The translations under genes and the position numbers were made by a program. A stretch of DNA of 64,000 bases from Microbotryum violaceum. Its lineage: Eukaryota. Each line of letters starts with the position of its first letter. Position 1 is the stretch's first letter. The stretch is taken from NCBI GenBank assembly GCA_001244265.2, contig CDLV01000008.1, positions 558,001 through 622,000 on the forward strand, read 5' to 3'. The notes below the pieces were generated by a model, which had not been told where the DNA came from, ran no database searches, and saw only the letters and a list, made by a program, of their open reading frames with translations. Of the stretch, positions 1-15,675 are shown one piece after another.

Positions 1-84
1 CTGCGCGATCAGGGTGGCGCTGTTGCTCAAACCGGATTAAGGAACGCGTCATCATACACCCTCCCCTCCCCAGATCCGGACGGA

Positions 85-3000
85 GTGTTTCCTGAGATCA
101 CTATATCGACCGTCAACGTCGCGGGAACGCCGATAGTCTTCTGTCGGGACGAAAAACACCTGGCCAAATGTCTGAGGAACGCTATCGACTCTGGAGCAAG
201 ATTGCTGTTCGGTGGTCTCGGATGCATTGCCTACCAGGATATGCTCACCATCCTGGGCGGACTGGAGTCGCGTCGTACTCTGTCTCGTCGTGATATGATC
301 GGGCGTGATCGTCAAGACGACAATGCAACACATCGGGCATTCTCCAAGGCGACGCTCGAACTCGTAACCGAACTCGCTGAAGACAAAAAACTCGACCCCG
401 ATGCGGTCGTATATCTCTTCCTATGTGGCGAGTTACACGATGCCATCCAGAACCGGTCGCTTCAGCCCCTTGAACGTATCAGGATGTTGCTCGTTGTCAG
501 GTATACGTTCGAGGCGTGGTATGACTTTGTCCGAAGTCGCCCCGGATCTAGCTCTCACTCGTTCCTTGCCAAAGAAACGCTTGATGGGGTCAGGAAGATG
601 GTTGACTCAACGATTGCTCTCGTCCGCAACTACCGAGATTTTTGGCCGAAGGAATCCTTCATTCCCTGGCGGCATGGCACAGAAATGGTGGAGCACTTCT
701 TCGGGGTATATGCCAGATTGTAAAGGAGTTCGATGCTCTAGAGTTCTTGCAGGTGCGTTCTTCATAAATCAATCTAATCTATACAGTAGTTAACCCGGCT
801 AGAATCCGACAGGCAACTGGCAAAGTCACTGCACTCTTGGAGCTCATGAGGAAGTTTAAGACCGAGGCGGCGGGATCACGTCAAGGCTACCGTCATACCT
901 ACAACGACCTCAACGATCTTGACCTTGTTGCGATGCGAACGTACCCCAGTGATGGCGACATCTCTCTCACCAGTTTTGCAGCGGCAAATACTGCGCGTGA
1001 ACTGCTTTCAGGTTTACGCATGTGGGAGCCTGTGCAACGCATCGCGTCCAACAGACGCAACCAAGGTCCGCAACCTGACATACTCGTCGAGGACGTACTC
1101 GCCCATGGCACAACAGTTCAAGGTAGTTCCGAACGACTTGGTCTACAAGTGATGCGTATCTGACACGGGATACCATGCGCACTTGAAGTAGATCTTGAAG
1201 ACCATCATCCTACCAAGGAAGATCAAGGTCTGCTCCGCACCGAATTGCAGGATTCTGCTCTTGATGGCATGCGGCGTAGCACGTGCGAAGGTGTTGTGAA
1301 ACTGGACCCAAACGAGCGGGAAGCTGTCGACCGTGCAATTCGATCGCTTGCAGCTCAGGACTTTGACGTTGAGGCAGCCTTGTGAGTGGACACTTTTCTG
1401 TGCCACGTGCGCTGAAGCGTTCTTCTACCTTTTAATCCGGACCTCATATGGTTCTCCTTTCTCATTGGCCAGACTCGACGTGCAAATCGCTTACGACGAA
1501 GCTGACAGACAAGCTGAGGAACGCTACGTACTCGAGACCATTGAGAAGGCAAACAGCTCATTACGTCCAATCGTGCGTCTACCAAGCTTAACTAGCGTAA
1601 TTTCGATCTGAACTCATGCATCTTCGGTACTATAGAGCCTACACACTTGAAACTTCCGCCTCTTGTTGATGCTCGCGATACCAGTTTCTCGCTGAACTGG
1701 GCCAGCTTGATTGCCCTTCGAGCTGCTCATGAGTGTAGCCACCTCAGAGCTGTTCTACTCAAAGGGAGGCCAATGGAATTGAGCCACACAAGTCGCGGAG
1801 AGGCAGGCTTTGAGATTAGCAATACAGAGCAAGGACGCAGTGCAGTACATTCACGCGTCTTGAAAGGGTTGGTGCAGTCCATGGGACCATCTCGCTTCGA
1901 AGACATTGCGGGCACCGCAAAGAGCTTTCGCTGGACTGGAGGTGGCCAGGTGGCCCGAGCGCTCACAACAAACGAGATTCAGAAGAACGCCTATATTGAG
2001 GACGGACGCATTCAAGTGAGTTGTTGCTGAATTTAGGAACGAAGGCAGCTGGATCTAATGTTTTGCCGGTCCTATACTTTTAGGAAAAGCTCCCTGAGAG
2101 AGACAAGCAGTACGGAGCGCTAGCACAACGCTATCATTTTTTTATTTATTTGATAGACTTCATTAACAGCATAATTATATTAATACCTAGAAATCTTCGG
2201 AAAAGTCGGAGGGAATGCTGTTACGCACACTGGCAGAAGCCAGTAGTGTAGGACTCATTGACCCTGAACCAGGATCAACCATACCCACTAAAACCCCCTT
2301 TGGTGTCTTACAGAGACACTAGGCGACCCTTGGACTCCTGGATAGAGGCTCGAAGCCCTCGAACTCCGTTTCGGTGATCGGTTCCAAAAGATCCGACGAG
2401 AATCGACGACGGCGACACAGCTTCCAGATCGAGTGAAAGAAGAGGACTCGTAGTTCGACAAGTCGACGTTCCGAGCAAGACACGACCGGGCATACAAAGT
2501 CCACAAAGACTGGGTGGGGGGTCGGGGACAGAGCAGACCAGAGCCGCCGGGCAAATGGGCAGCCGACCGCGAGGTGAACCAGGCACTCGGGTGCTTCCGA
2601 GAGGCACATCACACAGGAGGTAGATCGATTGTTGGGATGTGGGCTGGTTGGGGAGGCGATTTGGCTTCCCGGATGGAGGGCTATCCTCATTTTGGATCGC
2701 TTGACGGAGCTGTAACCGCTGCCACACCATTGGAGATTGGATCTCTGATCTGCTTTGGCCTCAAGCGTGGCATGCATTCACCCAGCTGCGATCAAACTGT
2801 TTATGGAGAAGAAGCGCTGTCTATCGGAATTGGTACGTTGTTTTGAGTGGCAGTTGAGGAAGTTCTCGTTTGACACAAGTCTTGTGTCCTACAGTGCGAC
2901 ACATCTACAGCAAAGTGACAACAAACCACTGCAACCAAGACACGCTCGCCTCGTTGGTTCTACTCTCAAATGTCGTCGTACAGGAGCTTCGCCTCATCAA

Positions 3001-3340
3001 GAAAACATGCTATTCCACACACCTCATTGATGGCACTATGCCGTTCCGCATGATTGATGGTCGACAGGTCATCGAGTCATTAGGCCCGTCAACGGCTACA
3101 TATCGTTCAACCACGGGCCTTACCTCATGTTACCCGGACGAGCGCCTAATCAGCACGAGCGCACATGCCGAGCAAAGGTTTGCCGCCCTTCGGAGCGTGC
3201 CCGGCCTGCGAGATGCCGCCGGCAGAACCTCTACAAGTCGCACAAATGCCACCGCGGAAACAAGGAGCTCAACTTCAGCAAAAAGGAAGTCTGACAACGA
3301 AGCAGCGAGCCAGCCAGCAAAGCAAGGAAGGCTTGTTTGA
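85..3340 (+). pseudogene. Spliced P-like transposase, disrupted by a frameshift near 705 and a LINE insertion at 2136-2680
   Basis: Catalytic-core motifs in 85-723. The frame shifts at EHFFG/ICQIVKEFD. GT-AG introns are present (e.g. ~753-812, ~2016-2082). C-terminal exon 2870-3340 ends in a basic NLS-like KRKS...KQGR. Confidence 0.6.
2136..2680 (-). mobile_element. 5'-truncated L1-clade LINE insertion (3' 545 bp) with TSD CTATC
   Basis: Near-identical to the 3' end of the LINE at 55389-60579, with an A-rich tail at 2136-2150. CTATC flanks both sides (2131-2135, 2681-2685). The empty site GCACAACGCTATCCTCATTTTGG is seen in copy 2 at ~29448-29470. Confidence 0.95.
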
Positions 3341-3584
3341 AGCCTGGAGCCACGCGCGCCGCAAGCCACTTTCGATAGGCCGCCGCGCGCCCGCAAACGC
3401 TCGGAACGCGTTTTCGAGGACTTTTGAGCGATTTTTGGAGCATGTAGAACACATTTTGATAATATTTCCGAGGCGCATGCGAAATTTTGACATTTTGGGG
3501 CCAAAATAGGGTAAAAACCTTTGACAAAAAGGCCAAAAAAGGGCGTTTTTTCGCATGCGCCTCTGGCTGGGCTTTCGGGGGTCC

Positions 3585-3811
3585 TGTTGGAGCCTGCTGG
3601 AGCCTGCTGGCGCATGCTGGCGGCGCTACGGCTCTGCTACGCTTTGCTCCTGCCTGCACTCACGGCTCTTACGGATTGTTTGCGACTCCCTTCCATCGTC
3701 GAGCCCGCGTGATTGATTGCCTGACCGCGACTTGGAACTCGACGCCCGTTGCTACACATCTGTAGCTCTTCGTTCGGACCTCCCTGCTTCGAACGTGTGT
3801 TGTGTGCGCGC

Positions 3812-3860
<49 letters not shown>

Positions 3861-4074
3861 GTGTGTGTGAGTGTCCTGTTTGTGTGTGCTCGCTTACCTG
3901 CGCACGGCCATCTCTCGCCTACGACGACCGATACCACGCCTTGGATCTGGATTTGATGGAGTGGGTCGAGTGCGTTTGGCGGTCGGAGAGGAAGGGATGA
4001 TGGACGTGATCGAGTGCCGCATCGGATGTACGGAACGCGACGGTGACGGGAGTAAGGGCGCTCTGGGGCCGCGG
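3585..4074. repeat. ~490-bp dispersed repeat containing a (GT)n microsatellite; inverted copy at 50021-50518
   Basis: Direct comparison shows 3585-4074 is the near-identical reverse complement of 50021-50518. The (GT)n tract is at ~3814-3870. Confidence 0.95.
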
Positions 4075-4501
4075 CGACGCCCGGGCCAGGGCCACGCCAC
4101 TCATGCCAGTGCCAGTGCTAGTGCCAGTGGGCCAAGGGCGGCACTGCTCCAGCGCTTCGGGCGGTCGCACAGGCGCGGATGTCGTCTGCGTGCGTGGAAG
4201 CCAGCCAAACCCCAAAGCAGCACAGCACTACAGCAGCACCCACGCCGGTCGCTGTAGCCGCAATCTCGGCGCACTCCAACTCCGTCTACAACTCTTACAC
4301 CTCAACAGTGTTTTTCCTTCAGTGCAGATTCAATGTTTTGACCTCGTTCTCCCTTTTGTCCCCCAGTCGTGCTGTTTGAACGACTATCGACGAGTTCACA
4401 CTCCGCCCGTCTTCCCTGCTCCACGCGTCTCACAACCTCCCTCACCCCACGGCCACGGCCACGCCCTCCCCACCTAATCTACCCCCAGCCCTTCCGACAC
4501 A

Positions 4502-6310
<1,809 letters not shown>

Positions 6311-7082
6311 GTAGACGAAGACCGCACAAGCGGATTTTGGGGTCGGGGTCGCTTGCCTCTCGAGCGATCGATTTGCCTTCTCTACAACACCAAAAGACAC
6401 GACATGATTTTCTTCCTCCTATTCCGCACCTTTTTCTGCCACGGCGTTCCGCCTTCTCCCTCTCGAATTCGATTGTACTACGCTCTATTCACCCCTGCTC
6501 CCAATGCTTGATCGCGTTTCGCCTTTATCTCCTCGGCTCGGTCACGCGACGATCGGGAAGGTTGGTTCGTGTTCTCTCTTGTCCGTATGTGTGAGTTGCT
6601 GACCTGTACTCCTTGTGTAGGGTTCCAGCTTACACTCAATGCTGCTCCCCTACTTGTCGTCTTGCGCAGCTCGGCCTGTCTAAAGCGTCTTCCCCCCCAT
6701 CGTCCCCCCCCCTCCCCCCCCACTCCCCACCCGATCCGCTCCTCGAGATGAGACGATATTCTTACTAGCCACTCCGCCGCCTTCTACTACTCTACATTGA
6801 CGATGACGATGATGCCAACGACCCCTTTCCTCTCCAAACCCTCCACGACCTCCGTTTTGTCTTTTGAAACTACTGCATGGCTGGATCATTTTACTACTTG
6901 TGCAAGTGCTCGCCTCACGCGCCTTTCGCCCTAACCCCCCTTTTCCCCTCTTTTTGGCTCTTTGTTTCTCCACTAGTCTCCCCCACTTTTTTTCTTTTTT
7001 GGCGTAAGGGTAGCAACTGCTGAAATGTGTGCATTCTTGATCAAGAGACCCATCTTGAGGGTGTGCCTTCTGTGTGGGTGGT

Positions 7083-7134
7083 GTGGGAAACACTTCGGAA
7101 ACAGTGGGAAACACTTCGGAAACAGTGGGAAACA
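7083..7134. repeat. 21-bp tandem repeat (GTGGGAAACACTTCGGAAACA x2.5) upstream of the AsnRS gene
   Basis: Read directly from the sequence. Confidence 0.9.
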
Positions 7135-7242
7135 AGGCTCCGACGCGCCAGGACTTGCGAAGTTGCGATCACTTGCGAGTATCGTTCGCCCTTTCCACGC
7201 TGCTGGGATCGTGACACGTGACCCCAACTTCAGGCTGCTCGG

Positions 7243-9074
7243 ATGCTGCTGCCACGACCCTGGTCGCTTGCACCCATCAGACGAGGGCTCGTATCCTCGA
7301 GAGCTCAGCACACCGGCTCTGCAGCTCTGGCGCCGACGATCGCTCAAGCGCTCGCACTCGCACTCGCTGCTCCCTCCCCCGGCTCAGACCTGACTCCAAA
7401 AAGCCATCAAGATGGTGAAATCACGACTTCATCGTCGGTAGCAGCAGCTGAAGCCAAGACAACGACTATCTCGGGGTGGATCCGCTCGTGCCGGAGACAG
7501 AAGAATGTCACGTTTGCGGTACTCAACGACGGCAGCGATGTCAAGGGCATTCAGGCCGTCATGGCCGCGGGGCTTGATCACGCGTGAGTATGGCTACTCT
7601 TGGCCGCTTTGGAAAGTCGATGATATGCGTTTGAGTGGACCACAGCGCTTAAACATGACCTCCCTTCATCGCAGACTCGCCGTCGGGTGTTCGGCCGCTT
7701 TGACGGGTCGGTTCGTCCCGAGTCGCGGACGGGGGCAGGAGATGGAATTTCAAGTCGACCAAATACAACTGCTCGGCTCGAGTGACGCAGAGGCAAGCAA
7801 GAAACCCACCTTTGCTGGTATCCACCCCCGCCGTACGAAATTATCTGACACTCGTTATGGTGTGCTACAGACGTACCCTATCCCCAACACGAAACAAGGC
7901 GTGCCGCTACCCATCCTGCGCAGGAATGCTCATCTTCGCCCGAGGACACCTTCGATTGCGGCCATGTTGAGGGTCCGGAGCGAGCTTGCTTTGGCTGCAG
8001 CCCAGCACTTCAGAGTCAGTCTCTCTACATTCCCAAGCTCGGGGCTTCACGCGCCTGATGGGAAAGCTGTGTAAACCGTTTCGTCAGAGTCAAGATTTTG
8101 TCCGGGTCGAACCCCCCTTGATCACCTCGAGTGATTGTGAAGGTGCAGGCGAGGTCTTTCGAGTAGAGTCGGGATCACCACCAGGATCAACACCTTCTTC
8201 CTCTTTTGCTACTGCCACAATACCGACCAGCCCTCCCCCTCCGCCACGGCCGTCGCGCTATTTGACGGTTTCGTCCCAACTCCACCTCGAAGCGCTCGCT
8301 TCGTCCCTGGCGCGGGTCTGGACCTTGTCCCCGACATTCCGCGCCGAGGAATCCGACACCTCCCGCCACCTCCAAGAGTTTTACATGCTCGAAGCCGAAC
8401 TTGGGTTCCTCCCCGCCCGAACGCCAGACGCGAACCAGGTCGTCATGAACGTCGTCGAGGACCTCGTGCGACATCTCGTCACGACCGCGATCACGATGAA
8501 GGAACTCGAAGCGTTCGTTACGCTGCGTCCAACGCTCTTGGACGAGTTGAATCAGTTGGCTCCTACGAACAAACGATATGCGCGCATGACGTACACCGAA
8601 GCGATTCAAGTCCTGCAGCACCAAGAGGCTTCCTTCCCCGGCACGTTCACTTTTGAGCCCGTGTGGGGTAAAGGTTTGCAGACCGAACACGAGCGATGGT
8701 TGGCCGAGACGTGCATCCGAGGACCCTTGTTCGTCACCGACTACCCCAAAGGGAGCAAACCTTTCTACATGCTGTCCAACGACGAACCGTCGAGGGAGAC
8801 GGTCGCTTGTTTTGATCTGCTCGTGCCGAGGTTGGGGGAACTCGTCGGCGGGTCGTTGAGGGAGCATCGCGCTGAGCGCATGGAACAAGCCCTGGATCAA
8901 CATGGTCTCAACAAGGAGCGGTACGGCTGGTATCTTGATCTAAGGCGATTCGGCACGACGCAACATGGGGGGTTTGGACTGGGCTGGGAGCGCTTGATCG
9001 CGATCGTGACGGGGCAGGAGAACGTGAGGGAATGCATCGCGTTTCCTCGCGCAGCCGAAGGAAGTCGATTCTAG
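7243..9074 (+). CDS. SLM5: Mitochondrial asparaginyl-tRNA synthetase (class IIb)
   Basis: Presequence-like N-terminus and OB-fold (GWIRSCRRQKNVTFAVLNDGS). Motifs LTVSSQLHLE, FRAEESDTSRHLQEFYMLEAE and GGFGLGWERL. Three introns (~7584-7674, 7793-7870, ~8016-8087). Confidence 0.93.
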
Positions 9075-9412
9075 ACGCGTGATAAACTTCCTGTTGTAAT
9101 CATCAGCAACCATACTCTTGATTGCCGCCTGCCGAGGAGAAAAAGGAGGGTACGAAACGAGAGGGGTTCGGGGTTTGGACGATTGCAGCACAGGTTTCAA
9201 CGAAGAGAGGAGGGCTCGGAAAGCTAGACCGGCGCCCGCTCTAAAGCTTCCTTCTCCTTCCAAGGATCGAAGAGCTTCCCGAAAACCCTTCGGCAAAATA
9301 CTTTGACTTGCTCCCTCGCAAAGGATGCTCGAATGCGAACAGAAGAGAAGAAAACACGACCCGAGTGCAACGATCAATGATTCCGCAGACGAAGCTGGGT
9401 TTGTCGGTTACA

Positions 9413-10472
<1,060 letters not shown>

Positions 10473-12101
10473 GATTCAGGAGCACGGAGGGGGAACGGGG
10501 AGCGTTATCAGAGCAGAGCACGGGATGGAGAGAGCGCGAACGGAGCTGGAAGAAGAGGGTCTGTAGGATCTGGGGGCGAATGAGGGGTGTGTGTAAGGGT
10601 CAGTAGGTGCCACACATCGAAGGGGCAGCGACGAGGGGCTACGAGGGGCCGGCCAGCAGTGTTGAGAGGGCCTAGTGCACGCCACCACCAGCGAACCCCG
10701 ACCGACTGCCGGGGCCACGACGCACGAGCGAGCCAGCCAACGCCCAGCGGTGCTCTGCAGGTGCTGGTGGTACGACCTCCACGGGAAGGCCCAGGCTCGT
10801 CACGTCGTGGACGTACTGGAGCGGCACAGCGGCCGAGCACCCGTGGTAGGAACGTCGGGCGGGTTGGTGCACGGAGAAGGTGACTTACCCGTTGATGTGG
10901 ATGAGGTGCGATGAGGTAAGGCACCAGCGGCCGCCTGTGTCTCGTTCACTCGGAAAACTTTCAATCTGATCTTGCCACGAGGGCCGCCCCCCTGGCGGTG
11001 GCGCGCCTGCGCTTAAAGTGGAGCAAGGCGAGAGCAATGCCTGTTACTAGGCTGTTCGCTTCTGCACCTTAATCGTTTCGCTCCAACGGCAATCGTGCTC
11101 ACTTGTAGGAGAACTCGAGATATCGCACAAACGGCGCCGTTCTTTTCGCGCGATGTTTTTATGAAATATGTGTGGAAGACGACGCGGACCCGGCCTGACG
11201 CGATCGGCGCGTCCATCCCTTTCAACAGACAGACAAAAAAAAGGTGCGCCTTGAATCGGGTCTACTCGACCTTCCGGAAGGTGATTTTATGTGAAAGCGC
11301 TTTCATTTGAGATGGTCGATGAAGAAGAAGTACACTTGGCATCGCGTCTTGTGCCACCAGCTCTCCACAAGAAACCCCTTACCGTGTATTTGGCGCGCCC
11401 ATGCCGGGGGCATGGGCGCTCTCTTGGCCCCGACGTGCTCTTGAATGCCATGGCCAATGCAGGGCTTGTTACCAGGACTTCATGTCACTACAGGCGTTTA
11501 GCCTATCATGTGAGTGCGTCCCGAACTGTTGTCTCGATTAGAGTTAAGAAACATTCACCGCAAACTGTGGCAAATCCACCAAAATGACGTGTGTTATTGA
11601 GGTGGACATCTCAAAGCGCGCACAAAGGCCCCTATCTTCTTAAGCGAGCGTCTTCACAGAGCGCCCTTTTTCTCAGTTTGGGGTTTTTTCTCGCCTCCCG
11701 TATAAGGTATATCGGAAAGGCCTGATTTTCCGAAGTTGCCAACCACGGTCCCTTGGGTGAAAGTTTCATCCTAGGATCTCGTCCAGGAAGCTCAACCATC
11801 TTCCTCCTCTCAAAACAACCAAATAAACTGGACTTTCTGCACGGTGAAGTCGTTCCCCTGCGTGACTACGACTCATTGCATCTGATGGAGCTAGCGGAGG
11901 AGCCGATGAACTGACCGAACTGATGCGAATCGTATCGAAGCATCCCCACAGCTTGTGCGGACTGCAGACTCAGCTTCTCGTGGCCGAAACGGCAGAATTC
12001 GACTTGAGCCGAGTCACCGAACGGCAATTATCAGAGGTCATGTGAGTTCGTCAATGACTGTATGTTTCACACCAAATCCGAAGAATCTAAAATGCGGATC
12101 A

Positions 12102-13717
12102 TCATCCCAACCTCCTGATCGCCTCCAGAGACTGCTCCAACCCATCTCTCGAGCCGATGCGCACGGCCTGCGCTCGGCTCTTTTCGAACCACTTTCTCGC
12201 CGAGTCCTTGTCCTTGGCCAGCTCGGCCAGCTTTCCGAGGTTGTAAGCCCCGACGAGCGCAACGAGCTCGCACTCGACCTCTTCTCGGTCCTTGGCCGCA
12301 ACCTCGTTGCCGCCCCGTTTGCCAATCATCTCGGTCCGGACCCCATGCGCAACCGCGAGAGATTGCCGGGCCCATCGGGACGCCGAATCGATTGAGGCGA
12401 CCGAGGGGGACGGCTCCTGCACGAACGCAGACGCAAGATTGTTCATTAACGTCGCCGCGTGACACCGATCTGCGACCGGTGGGGGTGGGAGCTTTTTCCG
12501 AGGGTTGGCGTCTTTGCTCGGAGGTGGCAAAAGCGTCGCGATCGCTTGTTGGAGCAGCGGTTGCGCGTATCTGTAGAGCGGTGATCGGAAAGAAGGACTC
12601 AGATGTCGTACGATCGGGGAGTTAATATGTGTGCTAGATGATCCAAAGCTTACTCGAGCTTCCCTTGGCGGGCATAGAGGCCTCCAAGCCTCTCCATCGC
12701 CCCGACGAGCTCAACCTTGCTGGCCCAAGTTGGCAGATCGTTGTCCCCCTCGCTGCCCTCGATCGGGGGAGGGTCTACTCTATGATCGGGCGAGCCGTGG
12801 CGTTGTTCGATGTCGACCTGTTGTAGTTGCGCCGGGGTCATATTTACGCGCATCAACTCCTGCAAGGCCCATGCGTACCGCTCCTCGGCATGGGCAAGGG
12901 CCTCCGTTCCGCCGAGGTCGCATGAGAGGTCGCCGACTTTGAGGGCAATGGCAGCGCCGCGCATGATCTCTAATTTGGTCGGCATGTCTGCCGTTGCCGT
13001 TGTTGTCGAGGTTGAAGTGGATGCAAGTTGGGCGGGCAATGCGGCGTCGACGAGATCGGCGATTTCGCGAAAACCCTTGTCGTAGACCTCGATCGCCTTA
13101 CCGAGCTCGCGTGCGGCTTCCCACATGGCCCCCCATCGGATCGCAATCCCGGTCGTCTTGATCAGCCGTTCCTGCCTCGTCTTGCCCAGCGTAGGGTCGT
13201 CGAGGGCGAGTTGGTAAGCCTGCGCAAAGGACGCATCGGCGCGCGAGTACGACTCGGTCGCAGCGGACCTGAGAGCGGCTCGGAGGTGGGTGCGAATTGC
13301 GGCTGGGTAAGCCGTGAAGGACGAATAAAAGTTGTAGAGACCATAGGACGTGGCTCCGATGCCTAGCAGTATGAAGCAATAAAGGTACGGGGAGAGATGG
13401 GGGATCAGCATCGATTTAGCCTGGCTGAAGATGACGGCGTCGTTTCTGATCGCGGACTGGAACGTGGGGGATCGCTACTGACCGACGAACGCAAGGACGC
13501 CAAAGACGTAGCCAATCTTGACCCCCTTGCTTTGACCGGGTGTGCCTGGTGGTCGAGGGTAGAAGCGTTGCGATGTGCTGCTGGTGCTGCTGCGAGTCGT
13601 CGATGCTTCTCGAAGGACGACGAAATGCCCGGAGCGAAGAGTCGGGGCGGGAAGGGGTTGCTTGCCTACCGACCTGGCGGCGGCGCCCACCGCACGACGG
13701 ACGACAGTCAAGGTCAT
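12102..13717 (-). CDS. Mitochondrial single-TM TPR-like helical protein, Mgr3-like (i-AAA protease adaptor)
   Basis: Arg/Ser-rich presequence, a TM segment (IGYVFGVLAFVG|IGATSYGLY) and helical repeats with LIKTTGIAI and AATLMNNLA. Spliced from ORFs 13475-13924, 12650-13411 and 12102-12530. The family call is by resemblance only. Confidence 0.65.
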
Positions 13718-14259
13718 GACGGGAGCGAGCCGAATCTGACCACGGAGTAGTCGATAGAACAAGGATCGAGTAAGCCGCTCCACTCGTCGGTTCGCGCGCC
13801 TCGGCAGCTTCGGCAAGTCGTCGCAGGTCGTCGCCCGACGCGCGCTCTCAGCCCGGACTCGGCCCAGCTTCTCGTTGCTCGTTTGCTTCCTGATCTCACC
13901 CTGCCACGGGGCACGGCACCACACATCTCAACTCTACGCACCGTGGCCCACCTGTACCCAGCTCGTGCCGTACAGTGTCACTTCCTCACCCGCTGGCGCC
14001 CCGACTCGATCGCTGTAGCCACACGCCCCGTCCCACCCCCACGCGCCCGCCCACACCAGCCCTCACCGGTCTCACCGGCCTCACCGGCCTCACCGGTCAC
14101 CAGCCTCGACCTCCTCGCACCGGCACAGAGTAGACCGCATCGAAGGAAGGCTCTTCTTCCGCGCGCATTGATCGCTATTTCACTTTTGCCTAGCCCTTCA
14201 AAACTAGGCCCATCCTCTCTGCAACGAATTCGTACCGTCCCCACCAGGAGCGGCTCGAC

Positions 14260-15396
14260 ATGGCATGGCGCTGTAGTGCAAAATCCAACTCGGGTCTGGT
14301 CGATAACCTCCTGTGTAAGCGTCGTGCCGTTCGCGCATTCCCAGCGCTGAGCTGTCGGCGGGTCAACACCCCGTTGTCAACGCTACTCGACTCGCAACCA
14401 GACAATTCTTTGCATTCGGTTCTCTCTCTTTGCGCGTTCGGACTGACCACGCCACTGGAGTGGCTTCGTTCTCATCATCAGCCTCAGGTTTGATCAGCAG
14501 CCCCAGAGTGTATCAGGCCTTCCTCCAGACCGACCGTGGGCATTTCACTCCGGCACAGCCCTACATGGACTCGCCTCAGGTGATCGGATACGGTCAGTCC
14601 ACCGACATTTTTGAGCCCTTGTCCTTCTCTCTGAACCGCTGCGCGGTCTCGCCTCTTGTTCATCAGAGGTCAGGCCGCGGCAGGCTGACCTTAGCATCCC
14701 CGCGGAACGCAGGCGCCACCATTTCTGCACCTCATATGCACGCTCACGCCGTCGAGAACCTGGAGGGGTTGCTCCAACCAGGGGCTGGCGTGCTCGATGT
14801 CGGTTCGTCAGCCCTTCACTTCCGTCTCGGAGTGTTTGTGGGCTACGTGCTCATCTCACGGCCTTTTTGAGTCTTTTCCATAGGATGTGGATCGGGCTAC
14901 CTCATCGCAATATTCCACGCGCTGGTCGGACCTTCGGGCCTCGTCGTTGGCATCGACCACATCCCTCAACTCACCTCGCTCGCGCGCACAAATCTCCTGA
15001 AAGCCCCCAGCACGTCGTCTGCGCTTACGGCGGGCTCGATCAAGCTCGTCCCCGCCGATGGTCGCCGTGGTGCGCCTTCCGAGATATTTCCCTCCGAAGG
15101 GTTCGATTGTATCCACGTTGGAGCGGCGTCTCCTGTGTGGCCGACGGAATTGGTCAAACAACTCAAGAGCCCGGGGAGGATGTTTGTTCCCATTGGCGAA
15201 GACGAGCAGGAGGTCTTTCAGATCGACAAAGATCGCAATGGCGAAGTCTCGAGCCAGAAGCTGTTCGGTGTGAGATACGTCCCGTGAGTCAGACCCGCCA
15301 GAATCCTCGCCGAGTATTAGAGCAGAAAGAGATCTGACCCGCATCCTCCCTTTGATGCGCAGCTTGACCGATCGAGACAAGCAATGGAAACCGTAA
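14260..15396 (+). CDS. PCM1: Protein-L-isoaspartate O-methyltransferase
   Basis: MAWRCSAKSNSGLVDNL, ATISAPHMHAHA, LDVG|CGSGYL, FDCIHVGAA and VRYVP|LTD motifs across spliced exons. Confidence 0.93.
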
Positions 15397-15675
15397 TGCG
15401 CAGAAAAGTTTCTTCCCCCGCCCCCGTCGTTCGTTTGCCCCTCGTCCTTTTCTTCCGATTAGCATCTGCCTCTCATCTTTCCCGTGTCGTTTGTACTCGA
15501 TGCGCTTGTAATAGCATGCAACCCTGTTGGTTCCTCGTCTCACCCGTTCGAACCAGAAAGAATCGGGCGTCACTCAGACAAGCATGCAATTGACAGGACA
15601 TCTTCGACTCTGATGTTACGGATACGGTACAACAAAGCGCAGCAAATGGAAACATAATGCACTTTCGACCTTGAA

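Larger units (their letters stand above)
1..3584 (+). mobile_element. P-element-like DNA transposon (P-Fungi type), copy 1; left end lies outside the window; interrupted by a LINE fragment
   Basis: ORF 85-723 has DxxHxxKxxRN (DEKHLAKCLRN), DRQDD and ExxEHFFG motifs typical of P/THAP9-like DDE transposases. Right terminus GCGCCTCTGGCTGGGCTTTCGGGGGTCC (~3557-3584) is the reverse complement of the left end of copy 2 (28266-28294). About 1530-3576 aligns to ~28840-30373. Confidence 0.7.
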
